Source: Candidatus Bathyarchaeia archaeon (GTDB lineage Archaea > Thermoproteota > Bathyarchaeia > 40CM-2-53-6). From it: a stretch of DNA of 64,000 nt. The stretch spans positions 448,001 through 512,000 of the forward strand of contig JBEKVV010000003.1 of the NCBI GenBank assembly GCA_049513715.1, given 5' to 3'. The notes under the pieces were generated by a model that was given only the letters and a program-made list of their open reading frames with translations, ran no database searches and was not told the DNA's origin. How positions within the stretch are numbered: the first letter of the stretch is position 1; each line of letters starts with the position of its first letter. Positions 38,332 through 48,452 of the stretch are shown piece after piece. The translations under genes were made by a program, and so were the position numbers.

Positions 38332-39315
38332 ATGATTGCTGAAATTCTGGAAGCAATAATCTTCCCAGGAGTCCTCTTCACCATCGGAATGGGTTTCCTC
38401 TTCGATTGGCTCGACAGGAAGACCTCTGCTCGAATGCAGGGTCGAATAGGTCCTAAGATCACAGGACCATCAGGCATCCTCCAACCCCTAGCGGATTTTC
38501 TCAAGTTGCTGTTCAAAGAAGAAATCATTCCCTCTCATGCTGACCGGATCATATTCCTGTTCGCCCCCGCTCTATACATCCTCGCACCACTGCTGTCGAT
38601 GATGTTCATTCCCATAATCAGTCCTTCACCACTCGCAGGGTTCGACTTCGACCTGCTGGCAATCCTATTCCTCCTTGCGTACGCAGCGTTCGTAGTGGCG
38701 ATTCTCAGTTTCTCCTCTGCGAGTAGTTTCACGACTATCGCCACCGGAAGATTGGTTTTGCAGTACGTGAGTTACGAGATCCCGTTCGTTCTCGCAATCA
38801 TCACGGCCGCACTCTACTCCAAGAGCCTCTCAGTGGAAGGAATTGTCGCGTCCCAGAGCGGACTATGGAATATCGTGATAATGCCGTTTGCCTTCGTGGT
38901 TTACATCATCGCCTTAATGGCTGAACTTGAGAAACCTCCTTTCGATATTCCCAGCGCCAAAACTGAAATCGTCGCGGGTTGGCTAACGGAATTCTCAGGA
39001 CGGGCGTTGTCATTCCTCAAGCTCACCAAGGAAGTTAGCTACGTCTTCGGCTCTGCGTTGGCGGTGTCGCTTTTTCTCGGCGGTGGCCTCGGCCCCGTGA
39101 TATTTGGGATCCCGCCTTCGGTACTTTACTTCGTTTACTTTATGGTTAAACTTCTCGCTGTTGGTTTCCTTGTTTTCGTGCTCAAAACCTCGCTTGCCCG
39201 AGTGAAGATTGCCCAGGCGACTGAGCTGTTTTGGAAAATTCTGACGCCTGTCAGCCTTGCACAAGTCGCGTTCGTTCTGTTCTTGATTCAAGGAGGCTTG
39301 TTAATTGCCCCGTAG
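38332..39315 (+). CDS. NuoH-like membrane subunit
   Basis: RK..ARMQGRIGP, QPLADFLKLLFKE, PFDIP...EIVAG...EFSG. Confidence 0.92.
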   Translation: MIAEILEAIIFPGVLFTIGMGFLFDWLDRKTSARMQGRIGPKITGPSGILQPLADFLKLLFKEEIIPSHADRIIFLFAPALYILAPLLSMMFIPIISPSPLAGFDFDLLAILFLLAYAAFVVAILSFSSASSFTTIATGRLVLQYVSYEIPFVLAIITAALYSKSLSVEGIVASQSGLWNIVIMPFAFVVYIIALMAELEKPPFDIPSAKTEIVAGWLTEFSGRALSFLKLTKEVSYVFGSALAVSLFLGGGLGPVIFGIPPSVLYFVYFMVKLLAVGFLVFVLKTSLARVKIAQATELFWKILTPVSLAQVAFVLFLIQGGLLIAP

Positions 39316-39694
39316 AAGGGCTGGCGCAGCCATACCCGAAATGTTCCGAACCATGCTGGAAAAGCCAAGTACCCGAACATATCCGTACCAGCCGGTCGTA
39401 CTTCCACTGCGATTCCGCGGGAAACTGGACATTGACCCTGACAAATGCACAGGCTGCCAGGTCTGTGCCATGGTGTGCCCTGCTAGCGTCATCACGATGG
39501 TAGATATTGGGACGCGGAAAGTGGGTGACCGAGAACTCGCCGTCAAACGCCCCGTCTTTGAATTGTCGACGTGCATTTTCTGTGGCGAGTGTGTTGACAA
39601 CTGCGCGTTCAAGGCATTGGAGATGACGAAACAGTTCGAGTTGGCGACGCCCAACAAATCTGATTTAACAATGAGGAAAGCGATTGTGAAATGA
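39305..39694 (+). CDS. NuoI-like 2x[4Fe-4S] subunit
   Basis: CTGCQVCAMVCP and CIFCGECVDNCA. Confidence 0.92.
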   Translation: MPRRRAGAAIPEMFRTMLEKPSTRTYPYQPVVLPLRFRGKLDIDPDKCTGCQVCAMVCPASVITMVDIGTRKVGDRELAVKRPVFELSTCIFCGECVDNCAFKALEMTKQFELATPNKSDLTMRKAIVK

Positions 39695-40209
39695 GTTTTG
39701 AAATCACTCTCCTTCTGGGCTTGATGCTCGTTATTGTCACAATAGTGGCATTGCTAGTGCGTAAGCTGGTTTGGTCGCTGATTCTTTTGTTCTACTCGAG
39801 CATTGTATTCGGTGTGCTCCTCATTACACTTGGTGCTGAGTTTGCGGGCCTGTTTCACATCGTAACTTTCGCGGGAGCGGTTTCCGTCCTCTTCATGGTG
39901 ATCTTGATGATCGTGGGCGGCGATGCATGGCGTTTCGAGGATCAGCTGAACAAACAGAACATTCTGGGTTTGGTGCTTGCCGTCCTCGCAGCGATTCCAA
40001 TAGTCGTACTGGTCTCAAACTTTCAACCTTTCCAAGGCAAGGTAGTTGAGCAAATGCAACTTTCCGGGTTGGCTTCGCCACCCGTCAGTCCTCTTGCCTT
40101 CTTGTGGGCCATGCGCTCTTGGGACCTGTTGCTAGTTGTCATCGTAGTCGCCGCAGCAATGCTTGGCGTAATGAACCTATTCTCCCGTGAAGGAGGAGTT
40201 GAGCATTGA
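39691..40209 (+). CDS. NuoJ-like membrane subunit
   Basis: AEFAGLFHIVTFAGAVSVLF; position in operon. Confidence 0.82.
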   Translation: MSFEITLLLGLMLVIVTIVALLVRKLVWSLILLFYSSIVFGVLLITLGAEFAGLFHIVTFAGAVSVLFMVILMIVGGDAWRFEDQLNKQNILGLVLAVLAAIPIVVLVSNFQPFQGKVVEQMQLSGLASPPVSPLAFLWAMRSWDLLLVVIVVAAAMLGVMNLFSREGGVEH

Positions 40210-40514
40210 ACGAACAACAACTACTCCAAGTCTTTGCAGCCATCCTCTTCATGTCGGGGTTTGGTGCGATTGTAACAACCAAGAACTTGGTCAAGATGAT
40301 TATGGGATTTCAAGTCATGATATGGGGCGCTAACCTAGTTCTTTTCGCAGGTGGGGTCGTTAATGGGGAGGCTTCACTTTTCTCGTCATCGCTGGTTGTG
40401 CTCTCGATTTCTGTAGGCGCTAGCGTTGAGGCACTCGCGCTGTCCCTTGTAATCTTGGCTTTTCGTCGGTATGGAACTTTGAACCCGTGGGAAATTAGGA
40501 GACTGGCACATTGA
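40206..40514 (+). CDS. NuoK-like membrane subunit
   Basis: Three TMs; KNLVKMIMG; position in operon. Confidence 0.82.
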   Translation: MNEQQLLQVFAAILFMSGFGAIVTTKNLVKMIMGFQVMIWGANLVLFAGGVVNGEASLFSSSLVVLSISVGASVEALALSLVILAFRRYGTLNPWEIRRLAH

Positions 40515-42277
40515 CCATGTTCTACGCGGAATGGCTTGTCTGGGCGCTTCCGTTCATCTCCATTCCCTTTGTACTACTACTCTCCCGTTGGAACAAAGCT
40601 CGGAATTGGTTCGCGGCCGCAATCGTTGGGACAACATTCCTGCTAGCCCTGAGCTTACTCTTAGATGTCCAGAGCGGGAAGATCGTCGAATCTTCTATTC
40701 CTTGGCTTTCGGCTTATGGCTTCACGGTAACCGCACATGTAGACGGCTTGGCGGCCTTCCTCGCGGTCGTGGTCAACGCACTTGGGTTCCTGATCGTAGT
40801 ATACTCACAGGGGTACATGGGACACGAGAAAGGCCTGCCAAGGTACTACTCGCTAGTCTTACTCTTCATCGGCGCGATGACTGGACTCGTAATCGCCGGG
40901 AATTTCCTACAGCTCTACATATTTTGGGAAATCGTAGGAATCTGCTCTGCCTTTCTAATCGCTTTCTGGTATAACAAGCCAGAAGCAGTTCGCGCTGGCC
41001 TCAAAGCCTTCTTAGTCACGAGGGTAGGTGACGCCGCCCTCCTAATCGGATTCATCTGGCTCTACACAACGACAGGCAGCATCGATTTCCAGAAACTGAG
41101 CACGATGGCATCCCAAGGCTTCATCCCAGCCTCGCTTCTTACAACAACTGGAATCCTTGTCCTCATTGGAGCCATGGGAAAGTCTGCGCAGGTTCCCTTG
41201 CATGTGTGGTTGCCCGACGCAATGGAGGGCCCAACAACTGTTAGCGCCTTGATTCATGCTGCTACGATGGTGAACGCTGGTGTCTACTTGGTCGCCAGAA
41301 CCTACCCCATCTTCTCCTCAAGCTCATCTTGGTTGACGACTGTTGGCTGGGTCGGAATAATCTCAGCATTGCTCGCCGCCAGCATTGCAACAGTCACGAT
41401 GGACATCAAACGCGTTCTAGCCTACTCAACCATCAGTCAGCTGGGGTTCATGTTTGCGGCTCTAGGAACCGGCACCCAAGGGGGTTGGTTCGCGTCTCAA
41501 TTCCATCTAATGAGCCAAGGCTTCTTCAAAGCCCTCGGATTTCTGGCCGCCGGATCAATCATTCACATGCTTGGAACGCGGGACATGGCTGAGATGGGCG
41601 GACTAAGGAAGCGTATGCCACTAACCTTCATCGCTTTCCTGTTTTCGACCTTGGCGATAGCGGGTGTTCCGCCGTTCGTTGGGTTCTGGAGCAAAGATCT
41701 CATCATCACTGAACTCTCCCTCGCCCATATGAACATACAAGTGCTGCTCATGGTCGTGGCGTCGATACTCACATCGTTCTACATGTTCCGGGCACTGTTC
41801 AAAGTCTTCTTCGGCAAAGAAAGCAAGATGGCCTCGGACAAAGACCTCCATGAGGCTCCGAAAATCATGACCGTCCCACTGATGATTCTAAGCGCCTGCG
41901 TTCTAGTGCTAGGTTTCACGGAGAACTGGGCTGCGAGCCTCCTAGGCTTCAAAGAGCAGCTTGTGTTTGCGCTGCCTATCGTCGGTGCTTCAATAGTCGC
42001 AATCGTACTCGGGTTCGCACCTGCGTACATGGCATTCTATGTTGGCAGGCCTGACCCACGAACCTTCCTCAAAGACCATCCATCTTTGGAAAAGTTGAGG
42101 AACGCCATGCTGGCTGGTTATGGGTTTGATGCACTCTACCTAGCATTGTTTGTAAGACCCACCTCGCGAATTTCGAGTGCTGTAAGAAACATTCAGACCG
42201 GTATTCTAGCGAAGAACCTGTGGCCTATGGTCGCAGTACTGTTGCTGCTTGCGCTGTGGATTGTGATGTCCCGATGA
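40511..42277 (+). CDS. NuoL/MrpA-like antiporter subunit
   Basis: WEIVG, KSAQVPLHVWLPDAMEGPTTVSALIHAATMV, KRVLAYSTISQLG. Confidence 0.93.
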   Translation: MTMFYAEWLVWALPFISIPFVLLLSRWNKARNWFAAAIVGTTFLLALSLLLDVQSGKIVESSIPWLSAYGFTVTAHVDGLAAFLAVVVNALGFLIVVYSQGYMGHEKGLPRYYSLVLLFIGAMTGLVIAGNFLQLYIFWEIVGICSAFLIAFWYNKPEAVRAGLKAFLVTRVGDAALLIGFIWLYTTTGSIDFQKLSTMASQGFIPASLLTTTGILVLIGAMGKSAQVPLHVWLPDAMEGPTTVSALIHAATMVNAGVYLVARTYPIFSSSSSWLTTVGWVGIISALLAASIATVTMDIKRVLAYSTISQLGFMFAALGTGTQGGWFASQFHLMSQGFFKALGFLAAGSIIHMLGTRDMAEMGGLRKRMPLTFIAFLFSTLAIAGVPPFVGFWSKDLIITELSLAHMNIQVLLMVVASILTSFYMFRALFKVFFGKESKMASDKDLHEAPKIMTVPLMILSACVLVLGFTENWAASLLGFKEQLVFALPIVGASIVAIVLGFAPAYMAFYVGRPDPRTFLKDHPSLEKLRNAMLAGYGFDALYLALFVRPTSRISSAVRNIQTGILAKNLWPMVAVLLLLALWIVMSR

Positions 42278-43779
42278 TTTACGACTGGACCATGCTGCTG
42301 GCAACGTTCTTCCCAGGATTTGTGGGCGCATTCGCGGTCCTACTCCTTGACCTGGCTTTCAAGAATAAGACAAGCCACCGTTCAGCTGTGAGCGGCATTG
42401 TGGCCCTCGTGACATTTGGTTTCATTGCGTACAGTAACTGGCAACAAGCCACACAGATCCTCGCGTCGGGCAAGTCGATAGTCATTCAACTAGAACCAAG
42501 CATTTTGGCAACCACTTTTACGATTACCGAGCTGGGTGTGTACATCTCATCGATAGCGCTTCTTCTCTCCTTCATGATCTCAGTATACTCGATTGCATAT
42601 CTGAGAAAGGATGGCAACTCAGCGGTTTTCCAGTCGCTGATACTGCTACTGTACTTGAGCATCTACGCTGTCACAGTGTCAGGGGACCTGTTGACCTTCT
42701 TCATCGGGTGGGAGGGCATGAGCGTGGCCGCCTACGGCTTGGTGGCGTTCTACAAGCACAGCTGGGAAGCGATCGAAGCGACAGTGAAGTATTTGATCAT
42801 GAGTGGAATCGGAAGCCTGACAGCACTATACGGCATTGCACTCATTTACGGCCTCACCGGTTCACTGAACATCGAAAGCTTCGTCAAAGCATTCGCGACA
42901 CCAACCCCGATAGGGGACCTGGCGTTGGTTTTGATATTCATGGGGTTCGGCGTCGAGGCTGCAATAGCTCCCTTGCACATGTGGTTGCCTGACGCGCACC
43001 CTGCGGCACCAAGCCCGATGAGCGCTTTGCTCTCGGGGATCATCATTGAGGTTGGCAGTTTTGCATTCATCCGTTTGCTGGGCGGCATCCTGATTCTTCC
43101 GTCCTACGTGGCTATGGCTCAACCAATACTAGCGATTACAGCTGTTGCGACCATGTTCATCGGAAACCTCTCGGCCCTTCAGCAAGATGACTTGAAGCGC
43201 CTCTTAGCTTACTCAAGCATCGCCCAGGTGGGCTACATTTTGTTAGGAATCGCCACCTTAACCGCTGCAGGCTTTTCCGCGAGCGTTTTCCACATCTGGA
43301 ACCACGCATTGTTGAAAGGGCTCCTGTTCCTTCTTGCCGGAATCGTCACGTTCCAAATCGGAACCCGAAGCCTCTCTGAGATGGCGGGGTTGGGCAGGAA
43401 GAGCCCGATCTTGGCGGCGCTCTTTAGTTTTGGCGCTTTGGCTATGACCGGTGTGCCGCCATTCGGTTTGTTCTGGAGCGAATTCCTGATTGTACTCTCG
43501 AACTTGGCTGTGGGCTCACTGATCCTGACTGGGGCTGTCGTTTTGATGTTGGTCAATCTCTTGATTTCCATAGGATACTACTTCAGAGTAATTCGAACCA
43601 TTGCTTTCGCTGAACCAAGCAGCAAATTGGAGGCTGCTGAAGGTTCGATGCGGATTCCGGTTTTGTTGCTCATTCCATGTGTCGTACTGGTTGGGTTAAG
43701 TTTGATTACAGGCCTCTATCCTAATCTATTCTACCAAGCAGCGGCTGACGCTGTGAAGGCCCTCCTAGCAGGATTCTGA
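42274..43779 (+). CDS. NuoM/N/MrpD-like antiporter subunit
   Basis: EATVKY, PLHMWLPDAHPAAP, KRLLAYSSIAQVG; ATGA overlap with the previous stop. Confidence 0.9.
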   Translation: MIYDWTMLLATFFPGFVGAFAVLLLDLAFKNKTSHRSAVSGIVALVTFGFIAYSNWQQATQILASGKSIVIQLEPSILATTFTITELGVYISSIALLLSFMISVYSIAYLRKDGNSAVFQSLILLLYLSIYAVTVSGDLLTFFIGWEGMSVAAYGLVAFYKHSWEAIEATVKYLIMSGIGSLTALYGIALIYGLTGSLNIESFVKAFATPTPIGDLALVLIFMGFGVEAAIAPLHMWLPDAHPAAPSPMSALLSGIIIEVGSFAFIRLLGGILILPSYVAMAQPILAITAVATMFIGNLSALQQDDLKRLLAYSSIAQVGYILLGIATLTAAGFSASVFHIWNHALLKGLLFLLAGIVTFQIGTRSLSEMAGLGRKSPILAALFSFGALAMTGVPPFGLFWSEFLIVLSNLAVGSLILTGAVVLMLVNLLISIGYYFRVIRTIAFAEPSSKLEAAEGSMRIPVLLLIPCVVLVGLSLITGLYPNLFYQAAADAVKALLAGF

Positions 43780-43791
43780 AGGTGATTCAAA

Positions 43792-44130
43792 ATGAGTGAG
43801 AGAGGAAGGGAACGAATAATCAACGACATAGAAACCCTAGACCAAGCCGTGAAAGCTGAGAAGGACGTGGAAATAGGATACCACGGCGTAATCGAAGAAA
43901 ACCTAACCCACTGGGTAGCCGTGGAACAGGACATCATCGAAAGCTACACGAAGCTAGCAAACCAGTCAGACAACAAGAAGATCAAGAACACCCTAACCAA
44001 GATCGTGGAGGATTCGAAAAATCACGTGAGAATCCTCACATCCATACGGAAAAGTTTCACGAAAATCATGACGGACGAACAACGTCACGCAAAATTACTG
44101 CAAGACCTAGCCGACGAATTCCACAAGTAA
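43792..44130 (+). CDS. Ferritin-like four-helix-bundle protein
   Basis: VEQDIIESY...IVEDSKNH...DEQRH pattern; AAGGTGA SD. Confidence 0.6.
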   Translation: MSERGRERIINDIETLDQAVKAEKDVEIGYHGVIEENLTHWVAVEQDIIESYTKLANQSDNKKIKNTLTKIVEDSKNHVRILTSIRKSFTKIMTDEQRHAKLLQDLADEFHK

Positions 44131-44341
44131 AACTACACGTCTAGTACCCGTAGCCGTAGGCTCAGCAGTCGCTCCACGCCTGACATCGTCGAATCAAGAC
44201 CCTTTCACACAAGGAACAAATTCGAAGGCATCGAACTGTCGACCAAGCCATCGAAGCTAGAAAAGATTCCACAACTAGAGCTACGCGTGAAGAACGTATA
44301 GTCGTAGGCCTTGCTGTCGCGGATGCGCCCGGAGCCTCGAA

Positions 44342-44755
44342 CTAAGAAGGTTTCATTGGAGGAGTGAATTCGTGTTCCTCCCACATGTCAAACGCTGTTG
44401 CCACCGAAGAGGCTTGAGTTATGATTGCCAACGCTATCACTAGGTGAATCAAGCTGATTGGAAAGATCATGGTTGACGGAATACCCAGTCCCAAGGTGAG
44501 GCCAACATAGAGGGTTACGCCCAAGATTGCTTGAATCGAAGCTAACGCAGCCGTAGCTTTTGTAGTCCGTTTCAGGCGGGCTGGAGCTTCAGTCTTCTTG
44601 ATCGATGCGTTGTTATAATGTGCTAACCCGAGAATAACGAGACCCAACAACGCATGTCCGTCTACGATGTAACTCGCAAGGGGTTGGGCCACCATTATGA
44701 CAATCTGCAGGAACGAAAGCCAGACCAATGCATACAGCTGCTTCCACATACTCAT
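44342..44755 (-). CDS. Four-TM membrane protein with intramembrane His residues
   Basis: Hydrophobic helices carrying His (GHALLG, LAHY, LIHLV). Confidence 0.65.
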   Translation of the reverse strand: MSMWKQLYALVWLSFLQIVIMVAQPLASYIVDGHALLGLVILGLAHYNNASIKKTEAPARLKRTTKATAALASIQAILGVTLYVGLTLGLGIPSTMIFPISLIHLVIALAIITQASSVATAFDMWEEHEFTPPMKPS

Positions 44756-44911
44756 GACAGACCGGGAACTTCTAGGGCCTGCTTTCTTCTAAAGCTTCAA
44801 CCAACTCGCTGTCATCGAATTCTTGATCTGCAACTCTTTGAAGAGCCATTGTAAAGCTGGCGCTATGTGCATCGATCTGTCCATCGCATATCTGTTGCTG
44901 CGCATCCAGCA

Positions 44912-45889
44912 TTACTGGTGGCCGATTATCGGATGTGGCGTGTAACCCTCTTCAAGCCGCTTAACGTCATCAGCTTCGAGTCTTATGTCCAAAGCTCCAA
45001 CTGCCTCTTCTACATGTTCTACTTTAGTTGCGCCGATTATTGGCGAAGTCACACCTTTATGAAGCAACCACGCCACAGAAATCTGGGCGGGCGTTGCGTC
45101 TTTCTGTTTGGCCAATTCTAGGACAACATCCAGCACATCGAAGTCTTCGGGTTTGAAGTATCGTTCCGATAAGTACTTGTCAACCTCATACCGGGGGGCT
45201 TTCGGTGTTTTCCCACGTTGGTACTTTCCGGCAAGGAAACCTCTTGCGAGTGGGCTCCAAGGTATGAGGGCAATGCCTTCTTCTTTGCAGAGGGGGATCA
45301 TCTCACGTTCTTCTTCGCGGTATAGTAGGTTGTAGTGGTTCTGCATGCTGACGAATCTGGCCAGACCCAAGCGGTCGCTTGTGTGGAGGGCCTTCAGGAA
45401 TTGCCATGCGAACATGCTTGAGGCCCCTATGTAGTGCGCGAAGCCGAGACTGACGACCTCGTTGAGGGCACGCATGGTTTCCTCGATGGGTGTATTGTAG
45501 TCCCATCGATGGATTTGGTAGAGGTCAACGTGATCCATTTTGAGCCTGTTCAATGACGCCTTGATTTGCTGCATAATGTGGCGGCGGGATAGGCCTGAAT
45601 CGTTGGGTCTCTCACCCATTGGGAAATAGACTTTCGTTGCGACAACGACGTTATCACGGTAGCCTTTCAGGCATTCACCTGTGATCCCCTCAGAACGGCC
45701 TGATGAGTAGACGTTCGCAGTGTCGAAGAAGTTCACTCCCAAGTCAACTGCTTTCTTCACCAGCCTCTGAGCCTCATCAAGTTCAACCTTCCAAGCAGCA
45801 TCTGTGCCAAACGACATACAGCCCAAGCATATCCGAGAAACCTTCACGCCTGCTCTGCCAAGGTTCACGTATTCCATGAATCGTCCCAT
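44912..45889 (-). CDS. Aldo/keto reductase (YajO-like)
   Basis: CLGCMSFG, FDTANVYS, YQIHRWD, MQNHYNL, PWSPLARG. Confidence 0.92.
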   Translation of the reverse strand: MGRFMEYVNLGRAGVKVSRICLGCMSFGTDAAWKVELDEAQRLVKKAVDLGVNFFDTANVYSSGRSEGITGECLKGYRDNVVVATKVYFPMGERPNDSGLSRRHIMQQIKASLNRLKMDHVDLYQIHRWDYNTPIEETMRALNEVVSLGFAHYIGASSMFAWQFLKALHTSDRLGLARFVSMQNHYNLLYREEEREMIPLCKEEGIALIPWSPLARGFLAGKYQRGKTPKAPRYEVDKYLSERYFKPEDFDVLDVVLELAKQKDATPAQISVAWLLHKGVTSPIIGATKVEHVEEAVGALDIRLEADDVKRLEEGYTPHPIIGHQ

Positions 45890-45957
45890 GCTCTCTCACC
45901 TATTTTTTCTTTCACCTTTGTGAAAGGTTATACGCAAGCATGACTTGCGGCGGAGTC

Positions 45958-46752
45958 ATGGGACTAACGATTTTTCAGGTGGACGCTTTCACTGACACGC
46001 CCTTCGCTGGGAACCCGGCGGGCGTCTGCGTTCTTTCGGAGCAGCGTGATGATGAGTGGATGCAGAACATTGCACGGGAAATGAATCTATCCGAAACTGC
46101 TTTCCTCCGCAAACAAGCTGGGGGCTTCAATTTACGTTGGTTCACACCAGCGGTCGAGGTCGACCTGTGTGGCCATGCCACTTTGGCTAGCGCACATGTC
46201 CTGTGGGAAAGTGGACTTCTCAAACCTGATGAACGTGCTCGATTTCAAACTCGCAGCGGAGTTTTGACGGCTGAACGAAAGGATGGTTGGATCGAGCTTG
46301 ATTTTCCACTTCTCCCAGACAGACGCACACCTGCGCCTCACGGGCTTTCGAAAGCCTTAGGCATCAAACCCGTGTACGTCGGCAAGAGCCGGTTCGACTA
46401 CGTTGTGGAAGCCAATTCAGAGAAGACCATTCGGAAGATGCAGCCAGACTTTTCGTTGCTTTGGAAAGTTCCAATCAGAGGCGTAATCGTAACTGCTCGT
46501 GCAACCTCTAAACCGTATGATTTCGTCTGCCGTATGTTTGCTCCAAGAGTGGGTATCGATGAGGATCCAGTGACCGGTTCAGCATTTTGTTGCCTCGGCC
46601 CCTTCTGGCGCGAGCGGCTGAAGAAGAACGAGTTCCTAGCATACCAAGCCTCCGCGCGTGGAGGAGTCGTTAAGGTTACAGTCGGTGATAGGCGGGTGCA
46701 CATCGGAGGCAAGGCAGTAACAGTGTTGCGTGCCGAGTTAATGGAACATTAG
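45958..46752 (+). CDS. PhzF family isomerase
   Basis: QVDAFT...GNPA, NLSETAF, EVDLCGHATLA, EDPVTGSA. Confidence 0.92.
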   Translation: MGLTIFQVDAFTDTPFAGNPAGVCVLSEQRDDEWMQNIAREMNLSETAFLRKQAGGFNLRWFTPAVEVDLCGHATLASAHVLWESGLLKPDERARFQTRSGVLTAERKDGWIELDFPLLPDRRTPAPHGLSKALGIKPVYVGKSRFDYVVEANSEKTIRKMQPDFSLLWKVPIRGVIVTARATSKPYDFVCRMFAPRVGIDEDPVTGSAFCCLGPFWRERLKKNEFLAYQASARGGVVKVTVGDRRVHIGGKAVTVLRAELMEH

Positions 46753-46832
46753 TGGTCAACAGCGAAAGCCTGGACTTTCAAGATTCCGATACTTTCAATC
46801 CGTGGACCTAGCTTGATTTGTGAGGAAAAGCG

Positions 46833-47342
46833 ATGCCGGTAAGAGATGTAAATGCAAGAAGGCGTGGTCAGCGTATCGGAAGTCGTGTCAAGGTTCGCCT
46901 GGCGACAGTTAGAGACCTCGATGTGCTTGTTCACCAGCGTCGGGGTATGTGGACCGATATGGGCGAGAAGACCAGTGCTGAACTCGATGATGCGGACTCA
47001 GTCTACCGACCTTGGGCGCGTTCACGTCTAAAGGCTGGAACAGTCGTCGCATGGCTTGCCGAGACTAACCAGAAGGACATAGTGGCCGGCGCAATCGTCT
47101 GGTTGAGACCGACTGTTCCACGCCCCGGTTTCAAACACCAGACTCAACCGTTCGTGCTTTCCATGTATACCGAACCCGAATGGCGCGGGCGAGGCTTGGC
47201 GCCTCTGCTCGCCGCCGAAGCTGTGAACTGGGCAAGGAAGAATGGGTACAAAGAGATTCTGCTTCACGCAAGCCAGATGGGTAAACGCGTATACCTGCGC
47301 CAAGGTTTTTCGCGGACTTGGGAAATGAGACTTCAACTGTGA
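46833..47342 (+). CDS. GNAT N-acetyltransferase
   Basis: MYTEPEWRGRGLA and LHAS..G..VY..QGF. Confidence 0.85.
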   Translation: MPVRDVNARRRGQRIGSRVKVRLATVRDLDVLVHQRRGMWTDMGEKTSAELDDADSVYRPWARSRLKAGTVVAWLAETNQKDIVAGAIVWLRPTVPRPGFKHQTQPFVLSMYTEPEWRGRGLAPLLAAEAVNWARKNGYKEILLHASQMGKRVYLRQGFSRTWEMRLQL

Positions 47343-47422
47343 GAGGATACATGTTTCAAAGCCACTGCTTGCCAGTCTCCGGCTGAGACTAATGAGGTTC
47401 CATGACCTGTAGGTGAGTTTGT

Positions 47423-48091
47423 TTGATCTGGAGGGTTTTCAGTTTTCATTGGCGTGGCTGGAGAAAGTTTGCATATGATTTCTCTGTAATTCAGTTTGGT
47501 TTCTTGCTGTTCGGTTTGTCAATCGACATGACGGTTCAAGCGAACCTAGGGTTGAGTTCTTGGGATGTTCTACACATGGCACTCACTTACCATCTTCCAA
47601 TTACCCTTGGCGAGTCTAGTATTGGGGTAGCGGCGCTTGTTGTTCTTGTGGATGTGATTCTTCGTGAGCCGTTGGGTTGGGGGACGCTCGCGAACATGGT
47701 TTTCATAGGGGTGTGGGTTGACGTGTTGAGGCCTTACGTTCCAAGAATTCTCCCTATCTTGTGGTTGCAAGTTGCTTACGTGCTTTTGGCGGTTTTGGTG
47801 ATGGGGTTTGCTACGGCAATCTATGTTGGAGTTGATGCGGGTGCAGGCCCTAGAGATAGCTTGATGTTGGCCGTTTCTCGATTGCGCAAGACTAGCTTGC
47901 GGTGGTCACGCACTGCCATCGAGTTGACCGTGGTTTGTGTAGGATGGTTACTTGGAGGCCCACTTTGGTTTGGGACTGTGATTTGCGCTTTCGCGATTGG
48001 CCCTGCGGTTCAACTCGCCTTTAGAGTTCTGAAGGTTAGATCGCACCAAAGCCTAGCGAAGCCTGCTGAAATATCCCCGCAACTTCCATAA
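47423..48091 (+). CDS. YczE/YitT family membrane protein
   Basis: LGLSSWDV, GAGPRDSLM, LLGG...GT. Confidence 0.85.
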   Translation: MIWRVFSFHWRGWRKFAYDFSVIQFGFLLFGLSIDMTVQANLGLSSWDVLHMALTYHLPITLGESSIGVAALVVLVDVILREPLGWGTLANMVFIGVWVDVLRPYVPRILPILWLQVAYVLLAVLVMGFATAIYVGVDAGAGPRDSLMLAVSRLRKTSLRWSRTAIELTVVCVGWLLGGPLWFGTVICAFAIGPAVQLAFRVLKVRSHQSLAKPAEISPQLP

Positions 48092-48131
48092 CATGAATGC
48101 CCCCGTTCAGATACGTTGCGGCATTATGTCG

Positions 48132-48452
48132 TTACGCTTTTGTCCATGTGTGCCCGCATTTCGCGCACATGAAGCGCTCTATTGACCTTTCCTGTCTGAC
48201 TCCAGCATGTTCTCCTGAGAAGAATGAAATGTAGCGGAAGGCTTCCGGATTAAGACACGCGGGGCAGGGTTCTTCCACTTTTGTGCGTTCGGCTCCTTGA
48301 GAAGCGCCAATGATGTCCACCGGTTTTTCCTCGCGTCCTTCGATGTTTTCTACGTCTACAATGTCAGTTTGGATCGTGTACCCACAACGTGAGCATGCGA
48401 GGCCACTCGCTGTTTTCTGCATGTACGAGTGGCACTTGTCACAGAACCTCAT
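48132..48452 (-). CDS. TFS/RpoM-like double zinc-ribbon protein
   Basis: FCDKC...CSRCG, linker, CPAC...CAKCGHTW. The canonical QTRSADE motif is absent. Confidence 0.8.
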   Translation of the reverse strand: MRFCDKCHSYMQKTASGLACSRCGYTIQTDIVDVENIEGREEKPVDIIGASQGAERTKVEEPCPACLNPEAFRYISFFSGEHAGVRQERSIERFMCAKCGHTWTKA

